From the IMG/VR virus record IMGVR_UViG_3300038463_000730, positions 62,001-126,000 of that record: 64,000 nucleotides of DNA; one strand, given 5' to 3'. Below the pieces are notes generated by a model. It saw only the letters and a program-made list of their open reading frames with translations, was not told the origin of the DNA and searched no databases. Positions 1 to 8,903 of the stretch are shown here, piece by piece; the stretch's first letter is position 1, and each line of letters starts with the position of its first letter. The position numbers and the translations under genes are program-made.

Positions 1-129
1 ATCAATCCTCTTCTGTTCAAGCTCGTGTCAGAAGAATCGACTTCATACACGAAAGGTGACATAACGGGTAAATTGATTCATGTACAGTATGAACGCATCG
101 ACGATACATTGGAAGCGTTTACTCATTGA
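1..129 (+). CDS. 3' end of hypothetical protein (partial, enters window)
   Basis: Frame 1 is open from base 1 (INPLLFKLVSEES...DTLEAFTH) to TGA at 127-129, overlapping the next start (TTGA). Confidence 0.6.
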   Translation: MNPLLFKLVSEESTSYTKGDITGKLIHVQYERIDDTLEAFTH

Positions 130-572
130 GCACTGTGATGTTGATCGGCCAGGCTGCTGTTGGGTATGATACCGGCATGCTGACTATGAACGTGAAGCTA
201 TGCTCAGTAATCATCGTGACCGATTCAATCTGTCAACTGATAGGTGAGCCGGATAACGTAACTATTCCAGGCCCACCGAGAACAATACTCGCTCATGGTG
301 ATGGTGGCGTCATTGCTGCGTTCTACGATGACGGTAGATTAGAACTGGTCGATACAGCAAGAGAAACCGGGCTTGCTTTGTATCGGCTAACGAAACAATT
401 CAAGATATCATCAATGAGTGAGAGCCCGGTTGTCATTCGTATCTCGATGGCTCAACACACCATCACGATCATGGATGACATGAAGCTAAGTTGGACTGGT
501 AACCAATCTCTAGAGTTAAAACTAGTACAAGATTACATGAAGCATTTTGCTAACGCGGAGGTGATGGCATGA
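126..572 (+). CDS. hypothetical protein
   Basis: 148-aa ORF, coupled by TTGA and ATGA overlaps on both sides. Confidence 0.7.
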   Translation: MSTVMLIGQAAVGYDTGMLTMNVKLCSVIIVTDSICQLIGEPDNVTIPGPPRTILAHGDGGVIAAFYDDGRLELVDTARETGLALYRLTKQFKISSMSESPVVIRISMAQHTITIMDDMKLSWTGNQSLELKLVQDYMKHFANAEVMA

Positions 573-1000
573 GCGCAAGTGAAACAGATGCGGCAAACGA
601 GGAAATCAAAGCTCTTCAGGCTCGGGTCATAGACTTGGAGACAAAGTATTCCTATGCGATCGAACAGATTCATGATCTAGGTGTTCGGTGCAAACTTAAC
701 CGAGACAATGATCATCCTTCGTTCAAGATCGATCCTGAACATGTCTTCAAAGTAGAAGAGGCGCTTACGAAGATCTATAAGGGACCGACCAGCCCGTCTC
801 GGTTCCGGCTTAGTCCAGAGGCCGAAGCGAAGGCCGGTGCATTCATTACGAAACATAACGAGTTGCACCGGGGTAAATACCAAGGCGCGATCGGCGGAGC
901 GCTAACATTTACTTTCACCGATACAAGCATCGGCCAGATCCAAAACGTCGAATGCTATTGTGGCGATAAAGAGTGCATCAACGCCGATGAGGTATGGTAA
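569..1000 (+). CDS. hypothetical protein (N-terminal coiled coil, C-terminal CxCG)
   Basis: 143-aa ORF with GGAGGTG RBS; GAIGGALTFTFTDTSIG...ECYCG tail. Confidence 0.75.
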   Translation: MSASETDAANEEIKALQARVIDLETKYSYAIEQIHDLGVRCKLNRDNDHPSFKIDPEHVFKVEEALTKIYKGPTSPSRFRLSPEAEAKAGAFITKHNELHRGKYQGAIGGALTFTFTDTSIGQIQNVECYCGDKECINADEVW

Positions 1001-1299
1001 TGGCTGCTAGAAAAACAGCCAAGCCTGAGAAACGGTATGTTGTAATATGTATGCATGATGGTGGATTGCGCCAGGTCTATACACAGAAGTCTTACGATTA
1101 CGCTATCGCCATTGCCGGGCTCTATTGGATGAGCCGTGACCTGATGTTCGATCCGAATTCAAAAGAAGTATTTTTAGTGGACCCAAAATACTTCGATCCT
1201 GACGATCTCGTTCTAACTCGTAAGAGAGGCAAAATCGCTTACGTATCTTACAGCGATACTCAGATCTGGATTGTTCAGGAAGGTAACCACTGCCTATGA
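1000..1299 (+). CDS. hypothetical protein
   Basis: TAATG overlap favours a start at 1000 rather than 994. Confidence 0.7.
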   Translation: MAARKTAKPEKRYVVICMHDGGLRQVYTQKSYDYAIAIAGLYWMSRDLMFDPNSKEVFLVDPKYFDPDDLVLTRKRGKIAYVSYSDTQIWIVQEGNHCL

Positions 1300-1724
1300 A
1301 GGCTACGTTTCATCCCAACGGTTTCTTCGTTCGTGTACTGCACCAGTTCAGTAACGGGATGCGACTTCGTCTACACACATGGCCCGCAGATCGCTCGGAC
1401 AGATCGGATCCACATGACCATCGCACGTGGTTCATATCACTCCCACTCTGTGGCAGATTCATTGAACATCGTTATCGGGAGGTTCCGGGCTCGATACCTA
1501 TTTACAAATGTCGCGTTACAACTGGAGCTGAACGATTGGATGTTCATCGTGATGGGCAGTCCGGTCTTGAACGTATCGAGACGAAAATTCGGTATCCCGG
1601 TATTCCGTATTATTGTTCGAAGGAAGTGATTCACTCGTACAGCCCAGCACGGAAGCGATTCGCTGCATCACTTGTGTTGTTTGGACCAACGATCGGAAAG
1701 ATACCGAAGGCTTGGATTATTTGA
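1296..1724 (+). CDS. cupin-fold metalloprotein (cysteine-dioxygenase-like)
   Basis: RLRLHTW...PHDHRTWFISLPLCGRFIEHRY...IHSY...SLVLFG: HxH plus distal His cupin motif. Confidence 0.7.
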   Translation: MKATFHPNGFFVRVLHQFSNGMRLRLHTWPADRSDRSDPHDHRTWFISLPLCGRFIEHRYREVPGSIPIYKCRVTTGAERLDVHRDGQSGLERIETKIRYPGIPYYCSKEVIHSYSPARKRFAASLVLFGPTIGKIPKAWII

Positions 1725-2029
1725 AACTTATTAGTTTTTCAATGCTTAGAAGGCTAGTTCGCGCACGTCTTAATGCATCATCAAATGAGATAGTATCTCA
1801 ACATTACAATGTCTCATTGAGCTAAATGTAATTGACGTGCTGTTGCCATGAATTTTGGCATGCTCCATCAGTCTATTTGTTGGTACGAACAATTGAATAG
1901 TTTCGTTAACTACGCTGGTCCCAAGCATAGTTACACAATATTCGCACTTTAAACATCCATAAAGTTTATATGGAGCGGGTAGCCAACTTCACTTAATTCT
2001 AACAAGCAACCTTTGCATCTTAACATCAT
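1717..2029 (-). pseudogene. frameshifted Zn-ribbon protein remnant
   Basis: Three consecutive frames read MMLRCKGCLLE.. / ..KLYGCLKCEYC.. / ..FDDALRRARTSLLSIEKLISFK*; adding two bases would give one ORF of about 104 aa. Confidence 0.4.
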
Positions 2030-2063
2030 ACCTATACGATGTTATTCTTCGTTTTGGAGCAGA

Positions 2064-2678
2064 TCATTCCGCATCCACATGGTGTAATTTGTACACAGCC
2101 GCAATCCAATCCAAGAACTCTTTTTGCGTTCGGTCTAGCTTGGCTTTGTTACAGTGAATACAGCATGGAACAACGTTATTTAGATTGTGTGGAAGCTTAC
2201 TATCGATCCGGTCGAGCCCATTGTATGTGAAGTAACCGGCCTCGATTCTTTCAGTTGTGTACCTGCTTTTACTCTTCCGTGTTTTATACACATTAGCTGT
2301 GTTACATAACACAGCACCGCAGTAATAGCACGGTAACTGAGATAGCCGCATGAAATCTTCGAACAACAAATCTCCGTCTGCATACCCTTTTCGATAGTGA
2401 ACAAAGGCCGTAACAATTCTTGGATGACGGACTTCATTTAATTTTGAATTGGCGTTCGAGGCAGATGGTATCTGTTTGATTGCGTTTTCGCGACGCATAC
2501 AGCCGCAACTACGCACCTCGCCCGCACGTAGTTTGTTGATGGAAGCTATTTTGGTCCCACCGCAGTCACATTGACACAAACATGTCTTGTTGCCGTGTTT
2601 GTCTTTGCCTGTAATCGTGAGTAATATCAATCGCCCAAACCGCTGGTTGATGGATTCTTCTATAGGCGTATGTTTCAT
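2064..2678 (-). CDS. HNH homing endonuclease
   Basis: N-terminal RFGRL..CQCDCG..L..G..RSCGC DNA-binding module; PCYYCG...NGLDRIDSKLPHNLNNVVPCCIHCNKAK HNH core. Confidence 0.9.
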   Translation of the reverse strand: MKHTPIEESINQRFGRLILLTITGKDKHGNKTCLCQCDCGGTKIASINKLRAGEVRSCGCMRRENAIKQIPSASNANSKLNEVRHPRIVTAFVHYRKGYADGDLLFEDFMRLSQLPCYYCGAVLCNTANVYKTRKSKSRYTTERIEAGYFTYNGLDRIDSKLPHNLNNVVPCCIHCNKAKLDRTQKEFLDWIAAVYKLHHVDAE

Positions 2679-2680
2679 CG

Positions 2681-3067
2681 TTATCTATAGGGGTTTTGTC
2701 TGCACGACCAACAAACCATAGTGGATTTGTCATCCTGGTTCGGCTCCGCATACTGGTAGAACTCATCGCAGCGCTGGCACTTCATGCCTGGCATACGATG
2801 GTACAACTTGACTATCCGGTCATCCTCGATGTAGCAAACATCACTGTCGATGAACCGGGATTCAAGGTTAAGCTTCTTCATGTTATGCTGGTAAACTCGG
2901 ATCGAATCCTGAATCAGGTCATCTTGAGGCACATAAACAAAATAGCCGCCATCATATGTGGCGACTATTTCAAACTTTACTAGTCTGTCGAAGTTGGTAG
3001 CGGCGCGGTCAACAATAACGTTGTCTCGGATCTTTACAACAACTTCATCAGCTATTTTGAAGTCCAT
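2681..3067 (-). CDS. hypothetical protein with C-terminal Zn ribbon
   Basis: CQRC-x17-CWSC. Confidence 0.75.
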   Translation of the reverse strand: MDFKIADEVVVKIRDNVIVDRAATNFDRLVKFEIVATYDGGYFVYVPQDDLIQDSIRVYQHNMKKLNLESRFIDSDVCYIEDDRIVKLYHRMPGMKCQRCDEFYQYAEPNQDDKSTMVCWSCRQNPYR

Positions 3068-3081
3068 TGTTGTATGCCGAT

Positions 3082-3261
3082 TTATTGACGGGTTACCGGA
3101 GTATCCTCTGAGTTCTCAAACTCGTACTTGCCCGATACCGAACGGTGTTTACCGTCATGCCCGTCTACCAGGCTACAAAGATAGTAGCCGTTGACCGTTG
3201 AACACATCGAGTGTAGCTCCGAGCATACAGAGCACTCGAACTTCGGGTAGCCTGGCCCCAT
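3082..3261 (-). CDS. small Cys/His Zn-binding protein (may extend to 3305 through a frameshift)
   Basis: MGPGYPKFECSVC...CSLVDGHDGKH; the 123-aa track ORF overlaps the upstream gene and is over-extended. Confidence 0.5.
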   Translation of the reverse strand: MGPGYPKFECSVCSELHSMCSTVNGYYLCSLVDGHDGKHRSVSGKYEFENSEDTPVTRQ

Positions 3262-3304
3262 AGAATATGATACGGATTGCTTGCGTATCCGTCGCACACA
3301 GGCA

Positions 3305-3820
3305 TTATTCCGCCTGAACGGGTGCCTGGTAGACGTACACCGACAAACCCTGATCAAGGAAGTGCTTCGTAGCAAGCGCCTCGAAGTTCGGGATGTCGAA
3401 GATCTCCGACGACACATGGATCGTCGCGCGCTCGTACTTGGCGAGTTCGGCAATCTTCTTCATGGCCTTCTCAATCGGTGGCTCTTTGCCCTTGCCGCCA
3501 TCCACATACGCTTCCTTCGGAACAGAGTTGTTCTCGTCGAACAGAAGTGTGTTGATGATCCACACGTCGCTCTGAACAGCAACCTGCTGAATCTCACCGA
3601 TTTTGAAGCCGGTACGATTCGCAAACCAGGAGCGGAACTCCGTGCGTGGCTTGGACCACTTCGTGTTGAGAAGCTTGTTCGTCTGTGTCTCGAACTTAGC
3701 CTTGATGTCAACAGGGTTGAGGACAAAACGAAGCCCAGAGTTCTCAGGAGTGAGAAGTGTACTCTGGGTCTTGCGGAATTTGCCTTTCGGCGTAAACTTG
3801 TTTGCTGGAAGAATATTCAT
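3305..3820 (-). CDS. macrodomain (Appr-1-p processing / Poa1p-like) homolog, degenerate
   Basis: KWSKPRTEFRSWF...FKIGEIQQVAVQSDVWIIN...IEKAMKKIAELAK...ATIHV...GLSVYVY follows the stand-alone macrodomain pattern, but the Gly-rich loops are missing. Confidence 0.65.
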   Translation of the reverse strand: MNILPANKFTPKGKFRKTQSTLLTPENSGLRFVLNPVDIKAKFETQTNKLLNTKWSKPRTEFRSWFANRTGFKIGEIQQVAVQSDVWIINTLLFDENNSVPKEAYVDGGKGKEPPIEKAMKKIAELAKYERATIHVSSEIFDIPNFEALATKHFLDQGLSVYVYQAPVQAE

Positions 3821-3847
3821 ACCAGCATATATAACGGCTGTTCGGAG

Positions 3848-4468
3848 TTAGTAACCAGGCAGTACATCTTTGTTAAGATCGTCCCAAATCTTATCCCAGA
3901 CACCGATGACCTGTTTTTCGGTCATGAGGGCTGTGTCGAGACAGCGGGCATCGAATCCGGCCCGAACACCAGCGCGAAGATTCTCGGGCCGGTCGTCCAC
4001 GTAGATTGCTCCATGGAACGCTTTGTTCATGGATAAGAACGATTGGTAGTACAGCATCGAAGGTTTCCGCTGTCCAACATCACAGCTCATGTGATGAAGG
4101 CAGCGGTTGATGTCTGGTCCTAGCACGTTCGGAATGTTCGAATAGTGCTCGTGTCCGATGTTGGAAAGGATCGCGATCCTAACTCCCGAATCAAGAAACT
4201 TCTTGAGGTAACCGAGCGATATTTGGTGAGGCGTGATTGCGTCGAACCAAGCCTGCAATACCTCCGTGCTATCCTCCGGTTTGATACCGAAGTGATAGTG
4301 AAGCTCGTTCCTCATGGTCGTGTGCCCGAGGTCTTGAAACGGTTGGATTCGATTCAAAAATAGCCAGGCGTCATCCGCTTCGACGCCGTGATTATCCTTC
4401 AGCTTTGCGAGCAATTTCGTAAAGTCAACATTACAAAGTACATTCCCAATATCTAAACAAAGATGCAT
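3848..4468 (-). CDS. HAD-superfamily phosphatase (YihX-like)
   Basis: Motif I LDIGNVL, motif II LSN, motif III RKP, motif IV YVDDRPEN. Confidence 0.9.
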   Translation of the reverse strand: MHLCLDIGNVLCNVDFTKLLAKLKDNHGVEADDAWLFLNRIQPFQDLGHTTMRNELHYHFGIKPEDSTEVLQAWFDAITPHQISLGYLKKFLDSGVRIAILSNIGHEHYSNIPNVLGPDINRCLHHMSCDVGQRKPSMLYYQSFLSMNKAFHGAIYVDDRPENLRAGVRAGFDARCLDTALMTEKQVIGVWDKIWDDLNKDVLPGY

Positions 4469-4475
4469 GTGTTCC

Positions 4476-5486
4476 TTAAATAAGTTCTTCTATATATTCG
4501 TGTAAATGTTTGATTTCTTGATTACGACGAATTGTAAATGGGGAATATCGAGAGGCCAATGTGTTAATCTGTTCGTAACTAGTTCGAGTCCGTAGCTTTT
4601 CTCCGATACCAAAATACTCGACAGCGTGACTGTTCACTACGGCCTCAGCACTCTCTAGATTCGGGAATACCAGCGAGAACTTGTTCGAATAATAGGCGTC
4701 CGAAACAAACGAAGTCTCACCTTCATGTATTGCCAAATAACAAGATCGTAAATCTTCCTCATAATGTTCATCATGGATATCACGGTGGACTAGTCCTTGA
4801 AAAGTTTCGTACGAATGTGGGCTATAAATCGATCCTCCCAATTGCTGTATCTGTTGAACAAGGGGCTTATCCAATCTAGAAAACACCCCAAGAAAGCCAG
4901 GATTTGGCTTCGGCTGTTCCGGTCCATAATCTCTGCTGATTTGCGAAGTATCGACATGATACGGCCTTACCCATTCAAATCCATTGGAGACATCGGGACC
5001 GATCGCGACATCTCCAAGATATGAATTGATTAGACGCCGCTCGGCGTTCTCAATCTGAAACTGATACCGATGAAAATTCTTCTGCCGAAACAGGACATGG
5101 CGATAATGCTGGCCAATCGCCAAGGCGTTCTTAAGTGCCGTAGACGCTGCGAAATAGAAGAGAAACGGACTGACGATCCAGTATGGAATGTCAATCTCCA
5201 GCGCTGCATAGCTAGAAAAGAATTCAAAGTCACTTATGATCAGGTCCGGATTGTATGTTGCTACTTCGTCTGTATATCGCTGCAACATTTTGTTGACAAC
5301 TGGTCCCGATCGATTCTTGCCATAATAATCAAATAGCGAATCAAGGGTATAATCGGCAGCAATACCGTTAAGATAGCCATTATAACCTGCAACCCGGACC
5401 TCGATTGTATTTGGTACGTACTGTAGAAAACGGTACAACTGTAAATACGAGTCAAACCCCTTATTTGCTGCGTACAGGATCTTCAT
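4476..5486 (-). CDS. GT-B glycosyltransferase homolog (MJ1255/VC2487-like)
   Basis: MKILYA start, NPDLIISDFEFFSSYAA, GETSFVSDAYY...EAVVNSHAVEYFGIG. Confidence 0.7.
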   Translation of the reverse strand: MKILYAANKGFDSYLQLYRFLQYVPNTIEVRVAGYNGYLNGIAADYTLDSLFDYYGKNRSGPVVNKMLQRYTDEVATYNPDLIISDFEFFSSYAALEIDIPYWIVSPFLFYFAASTALKNALAIGQHYRHVLFRQKNFHRYQFQIENAERRLINSYLGDVAIGPDVSNGFEWVRPYHVDTSQISRDYGPEQPKPNPGFLGVFSRLDKPLVQQIQQLGGSIYSPHSYETFQGLVHRDIHDEHYEEDLRSCYLAIHEGETSFVSDAYYSNKFSLVFPNLESAEAVVNSHAVEYFGIGEKLRTRTSYEQINTLASRYSPFTIRRNQEIKHLHEYIEELI

Positions 5487-6111
5487 TCGTAGTCAATTTT
5501 GAAATATCCACACCCGTCCCGAGTTTCTTCGCCATCTCGATGAGCTTGAAGAATAGGTCTTTTGTCATTCGTACATCGTTAGCGGCTCGGTGGGCTTTCT
5601 CTTTCTTTATCTCAAGGTCTTTAACCAACCCACCTAGGTGATAGCTCTGCCTTCCTATACCATTCACGTAATCCAAAAAGATCGCAATTTGCATCGTGTC
5701 GAGATACATTCGGCCGAATGGATACGTTTCGGCCTGGCCTTGACGAGCCCAGAGCTGAAGGAGGAAGCCCCGGTCGAAGTTGACGTTCTGCCCAACTAGA
5801 AAACGCTCCATCGCCGTGACGCAGTCCTCCATGAGGAACTGCTCGATCTGTACGAGAGCCTTCATAGGCTTCTGGTAGACAATCGTTTCTTTCGTCTCTT
5901 CATCCACAAAAAAGCCACGACGTAAATCTTCAATCTTATGACCATTGATTCGAAGAGCCGCTTCCTCGATCACATCGAAATTTGTCGGTTGAATGTAGAA
6001 TGTCTTCTGAACATCGTCATTGATTCGAGCCAACGATAGCTCGATGATTTCATTTACTCGTTCATCCAAGCCGGTGGTCTCAACGTCTGTTACGTATAAG
6101 GTAGGTGTCAT
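5461..6111 (-). CDS. DEDDh 3'-5' exonuclease (DnaQ-like)
   Basis: ExoI DVETTG, ExoII GQNVNFD, ExoIII AHRAANDV. Confidence 0.92.
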   Translation of the reverse strand: MTPTLYVTDVETTGLDERVNEIIELSLARINDDVQKTFYIQPTNFDVIEEAALRINGHKIEDLRRGFFVDEETKETIVYQKPMKALVQIEQFLMEDCVTAMERFLVGQNVNFDRGFLLQLWARQGQAETYPFGRMYLDTMQIAIFLDYVNGIGRQSYHLGGLVKDLEIKKEKAHRAANDVRMTKDLFFKLIEMAKKLGTGVDISKLTTNEDPVRSK

Positions 6112-6122
6112 AGGCTCCTAGA

Positions 6123-6140
6123 CCGATCCCGAAGGCTCGG
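6123..6140 (-). promoter_or_regulatory. C(UUCG)G tetraloop hairpin just upstream of the exonuclease RBS
   Basis: Minus strand reads CCGA-G-CC-TTCG-GG-A-TCGG, then TCTAGGAGCCT-ATG. Confidence 0.4.
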
Positions 6141-6161
6141 CTCGACAACCAACCGTACGAT

Positions 6162-6515
6162 CTATTTTATCTTGTCTTTTAATTGTAAACGAAAGTTGTT
6201 GAAGCTTTTCCATCCAGATTTGTAATAAGCCATAATGAATCGTATTCCATCGGCTCCGCGTAAAAACTCTCGTTCCTTCTGGCTTAGCTTGACACCTTCG
6301 ATTAGTTCGACGTTCTTTGAATCAACAAAGATTTTCCAGTTCTCACCTTTATTAGGCAACGATACTCGTTTGACCCTAACCATCGTGAGAGCAACATCTT
6401 CCTCTTCTTTGTACAGCTCTTGATCAATGTTGTTGAATGGATGCCGTGGCCCCTGATCCCGAAAGCTATCTTCTCCGCTGCTAATCGGTATGTATTCTGA
6501 AGTCTTTGTTTTCAC
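6162..6515 (-). CDS. hypothetical protein
   Basis: 117-aa ORF coupled by a GTGA overlap. Confidence 0.7.
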   Translation of the reverse strand: MKTKTSEYIPISSGEDSFRDQGPRHPFNNIDQELYKEEEDVALTMVRVKRVSLPNKGENWKIFVDSKNVELIEGVKLSQKEREFLRGADGIRFIMAYYKSGWKSFNNFRLQLKDKIK

Positions 6516-6961
6516 TTTAGTTCCTCAATATATCTAACAAATCCAGCATTGAACAAAGCTCCGGCTCTTCGTTCACGAACTTTGGCTACACATTCTGACC
6601 CAGACCACCCATGTAATTCACGAAGAGCCAGTGCAACAACCAATCCTGAACGATTACGACCTTGAGAACATGTCACGAGTGTACTGATATTGTTTCGAGC
6701 AGCATCGGCAACGGTTTGCGCAGCAAGAAGAGCGGTTGGAATATCCTCCGATAGAATCGTCTTCTGATCATCCGTCATCGGCGCTTCGTGAACACGAAAA
6801 GATCGGTTCCGGAACCGTTCCCAGTTAGCCTGGCCCTCACGATAACAGAGTACAAGTAGACCGACTTTACCTACCAGGACCGGATTGAGTACTGATTCGG
6901 GCTCACGTCCTTGCCAGATAAACTCATCGATTTGATCGCGGTTGTTCGGTATGTGGATCAT
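6512..6961 (-). CDS. dual-specificity / protein-tyrosine phosphatase family protein
   Basis: CX5R active site LVTCSQGRNRSG, followed by VRERRAGALFNAGF. Confidence 0.88.
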   Translation of the reverse strand: MIHIPNNRDQIDEFIWQGREPESVLNPVLVGKVGLLVLCYREGQANWERFRNRSFRVHEAPMTDDQKTILSEDIPTALLAAQTVADAARNNISTLVTCSQGRNRSGLVVALALRELHGWSGSECVAKVRERRAGALFNAGFVRYIEELK

Positions 6962-8169
6962 TTTAACATCGCTTCAGCTGCAACTGTTCCCATCACCGAA
7001 GCTGCCAACAATCCGACGACTCCCGCGCTCTCTCCAGCAACGTACATGTCATCAATCTCGGTGGACAACGTGTTACCAATCAACACCTTCGGTGGCATCG
7101 GTAAGATGGTCGGGATATGGAAATAACCCTTTGTCAAGATCTCTGGAACAACATGGCCAAACTGTGTTAATGCACCGGCTAACCAGTTGTATTCCGGGAT
7201 GACCGATATTTTACTTTTGTTACTCAATAACGTGCTGACTCGTTCTTTCAGGATACGATCGTTTGCCAGTACGAATGCTAGTTTACCTAGTCTGTTGGTT
7301 TGCTCGAAGCCGTTTCCATCGAATTTGCGGAACCCGATGAACTGAAACGACGCCTTATCTGTTTTCCATCGATTCTCATTCGAGCGAAACGCAGAGATCG
7401 CTAAGTCAAGATGGTCTTCCGGAATAATCGTGCCGGACCAAGAGACCGGGCCGATCTCTAGTTCACCGTTTGAAATAGTTACATTTGACTTATTGAAGTC
7501 TTTCAGATACGAAGCTGAAATTTCGATGTGAATACCATACGTGGCTGTATCGTTGCTATCAATGATTCCGAATGTCTTGTAGATCTCCGAGGCCCATCGC
7601 CAACCACTTCGACCTACCGCGATCAACAGTTTCTTTACGTTGTATTCTCCATCCTGAGTTTGGATGAGAAACGTGGATTTTTGTTTATGTATTTTGTAGA
7701 CTTCGTTATCAAAGCTGAAGTTTACGTTACCACAATGCTCAATATCATCTGCGATGTTCTTCGAGATGGCGTGTATGTCCCGTGGATAGAGCTGAATGTA
7801 ATCATTCAGGTGATAATCGAAGCCGTGCTTCTTTAGCCTTTTTTCCAGGTTAATATAGAGTGGTTTATCTTTGTGTGTTTTTAGTTCGACTACGTTGTTT
7901 AACGTGTTGAACACAGCAGTAGCGGCGGCTTTCGCCTTCCGCGTACCAGTAAGCTTAGAAACTTTATTGATATCATTCAGGTATAGCTTACCATCAGAAT
8001 TTGGAAAGACACCGAAAAATCCTTCCAATTGGCGACGACGTTTCCCGTGCGGACGCCCGAGGTCGAACACGACGGTCTTAACGTTCTTGTTCTCCTTCGC
8101 TATTTTACGCGCCGCAAAGATTCCTGCCGGACCACCGCCGATGATTCCGACATCATAAAGGTTACTCAT
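6958..8169 (-). CDS. FAD-dependent oxidoreductase (uncharacterised flavoprotein family)
   Basis: DVGIIGGGPAG Rossmann motif, SDGKL, IAVGRSG, MYVAGESAG. Confidence 0.88.
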   Translation of the reverse strand: MSNLYDVGIIGGGPAGIFAARKIAKENKNVKTVVFDLGRPHGKRRRQLEGFFGVFPNSDGKLYLNDINKVSKLTGTRKAKAAATAVFNTLNNVVELKTHKDKPLYINLEKRLKKHGFDYHLNDYIQLYPRDIHAISKNIADDIEHCGNVNFSFDNEVYKIHKQKSTFLIQTQDGEYNVKKLLIAVGRSGWRWASEIYKTFGIIDSNDTATYGIHIEISASYLKDFNKSNVTISNGELEIGPVSWSGTIIPEDHLDLAISAFRSNENRWKTDKASFQFIGFRKFDGNGFEQTNRLGKLAFVLANDRILKERVSTLLSNKSKISVIPEYNWLAGALTQFGHVVPEILTKGYFHIPTILPMPPKVLIGNTLSTEIDDMYVAGESAGVVGLLAASVMGTVAAEAMLK

Positions 8170-8192
8170 CGCATCGTAATATAACGACTTTA

Positions 8193-8837
8193 CTACAATT
8201 TTACGTTCATACTCAGTAATGTATCGATCATGTCATAGTACTCGGTTGAATAGAATGGCTTTTTACCCTGCTGGAATTGCGCAAGGGCATCGTTCATGTG
8301 AGCCTCCGGACCAGTAAACGGCCACATGTAATAGTAATCCGGTCCACTGAATTGACCGGCGTAAAATGAAATCGATTGATCGTACTTAATCTTATAGTTG
8401 AACATTTGGTTCATTCGATAAATTGCGTAGACCGAGAATGTATAGGCTTTCAGCTCGAAGTGCATTCGAAAGAACGCCGGGATCGGTGCGAGGAACAATA
8501 AGCAAAGGAGCCCGATCCACCAATGAAAGAAAAATAACGGGATCGATGCGATTGCAAGTATCTGAGGAAGAATGTAGAGCAGCCCAAAAAGTGGTAGCGT
8601 GAGCTTGGAAGCATCCTTAATGTGAATCAACTCATGGCACAGAACAAGTTTCGATGAGATCGGATGTGTTCTAGTATAGCTTTGACTAGGGAAATAAATC
8701 GTACTACCCAGGGTAGTCACATACTCCGTCATGAAGGTTGGATTGAAAAACATCAACTTAGCCAGTATCTTCATCAAGGTTGATTGGTCCTTGTAAGCGA
8801 CACTGTAGTTAGGGATCGTCGTCATCGCGGCCTCCAT
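8193..8837 (-). CDS. membrane-associated HExxH zincin-like protein
   Basis: TTLGSTIYFP...LCHELIH, two hydrophobic helices, distal Glu in RMHFELKAY. Confidence 0.65.
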   Translation of the reverse strand: MEAAMTTIPNYSVAYKDQSTLMKILAKLMFFNPTFMTEYVTTLGSTIYFPSQSYTRTHPISSKLVLCHELIHIKDASKLTLPLFGLLYILPQILAIASIPLFFFHWWIGLLCLLFLAPIPAFFRMHFELKAYTFSVYAIYRMNQMFNYKIKYDQSISFYAGQFSGPDYYYMWPFTGPEAHMNDALAQFQQGKKPFYSTEYYDMIDTLLSMNVKL

Positions 8838-8903
8838 TTCGGCACGTATTATTTCATAGTCAGTCCATGTATTTTGATGTGATAGTATTGCGTAGATCCG
8901 AGC

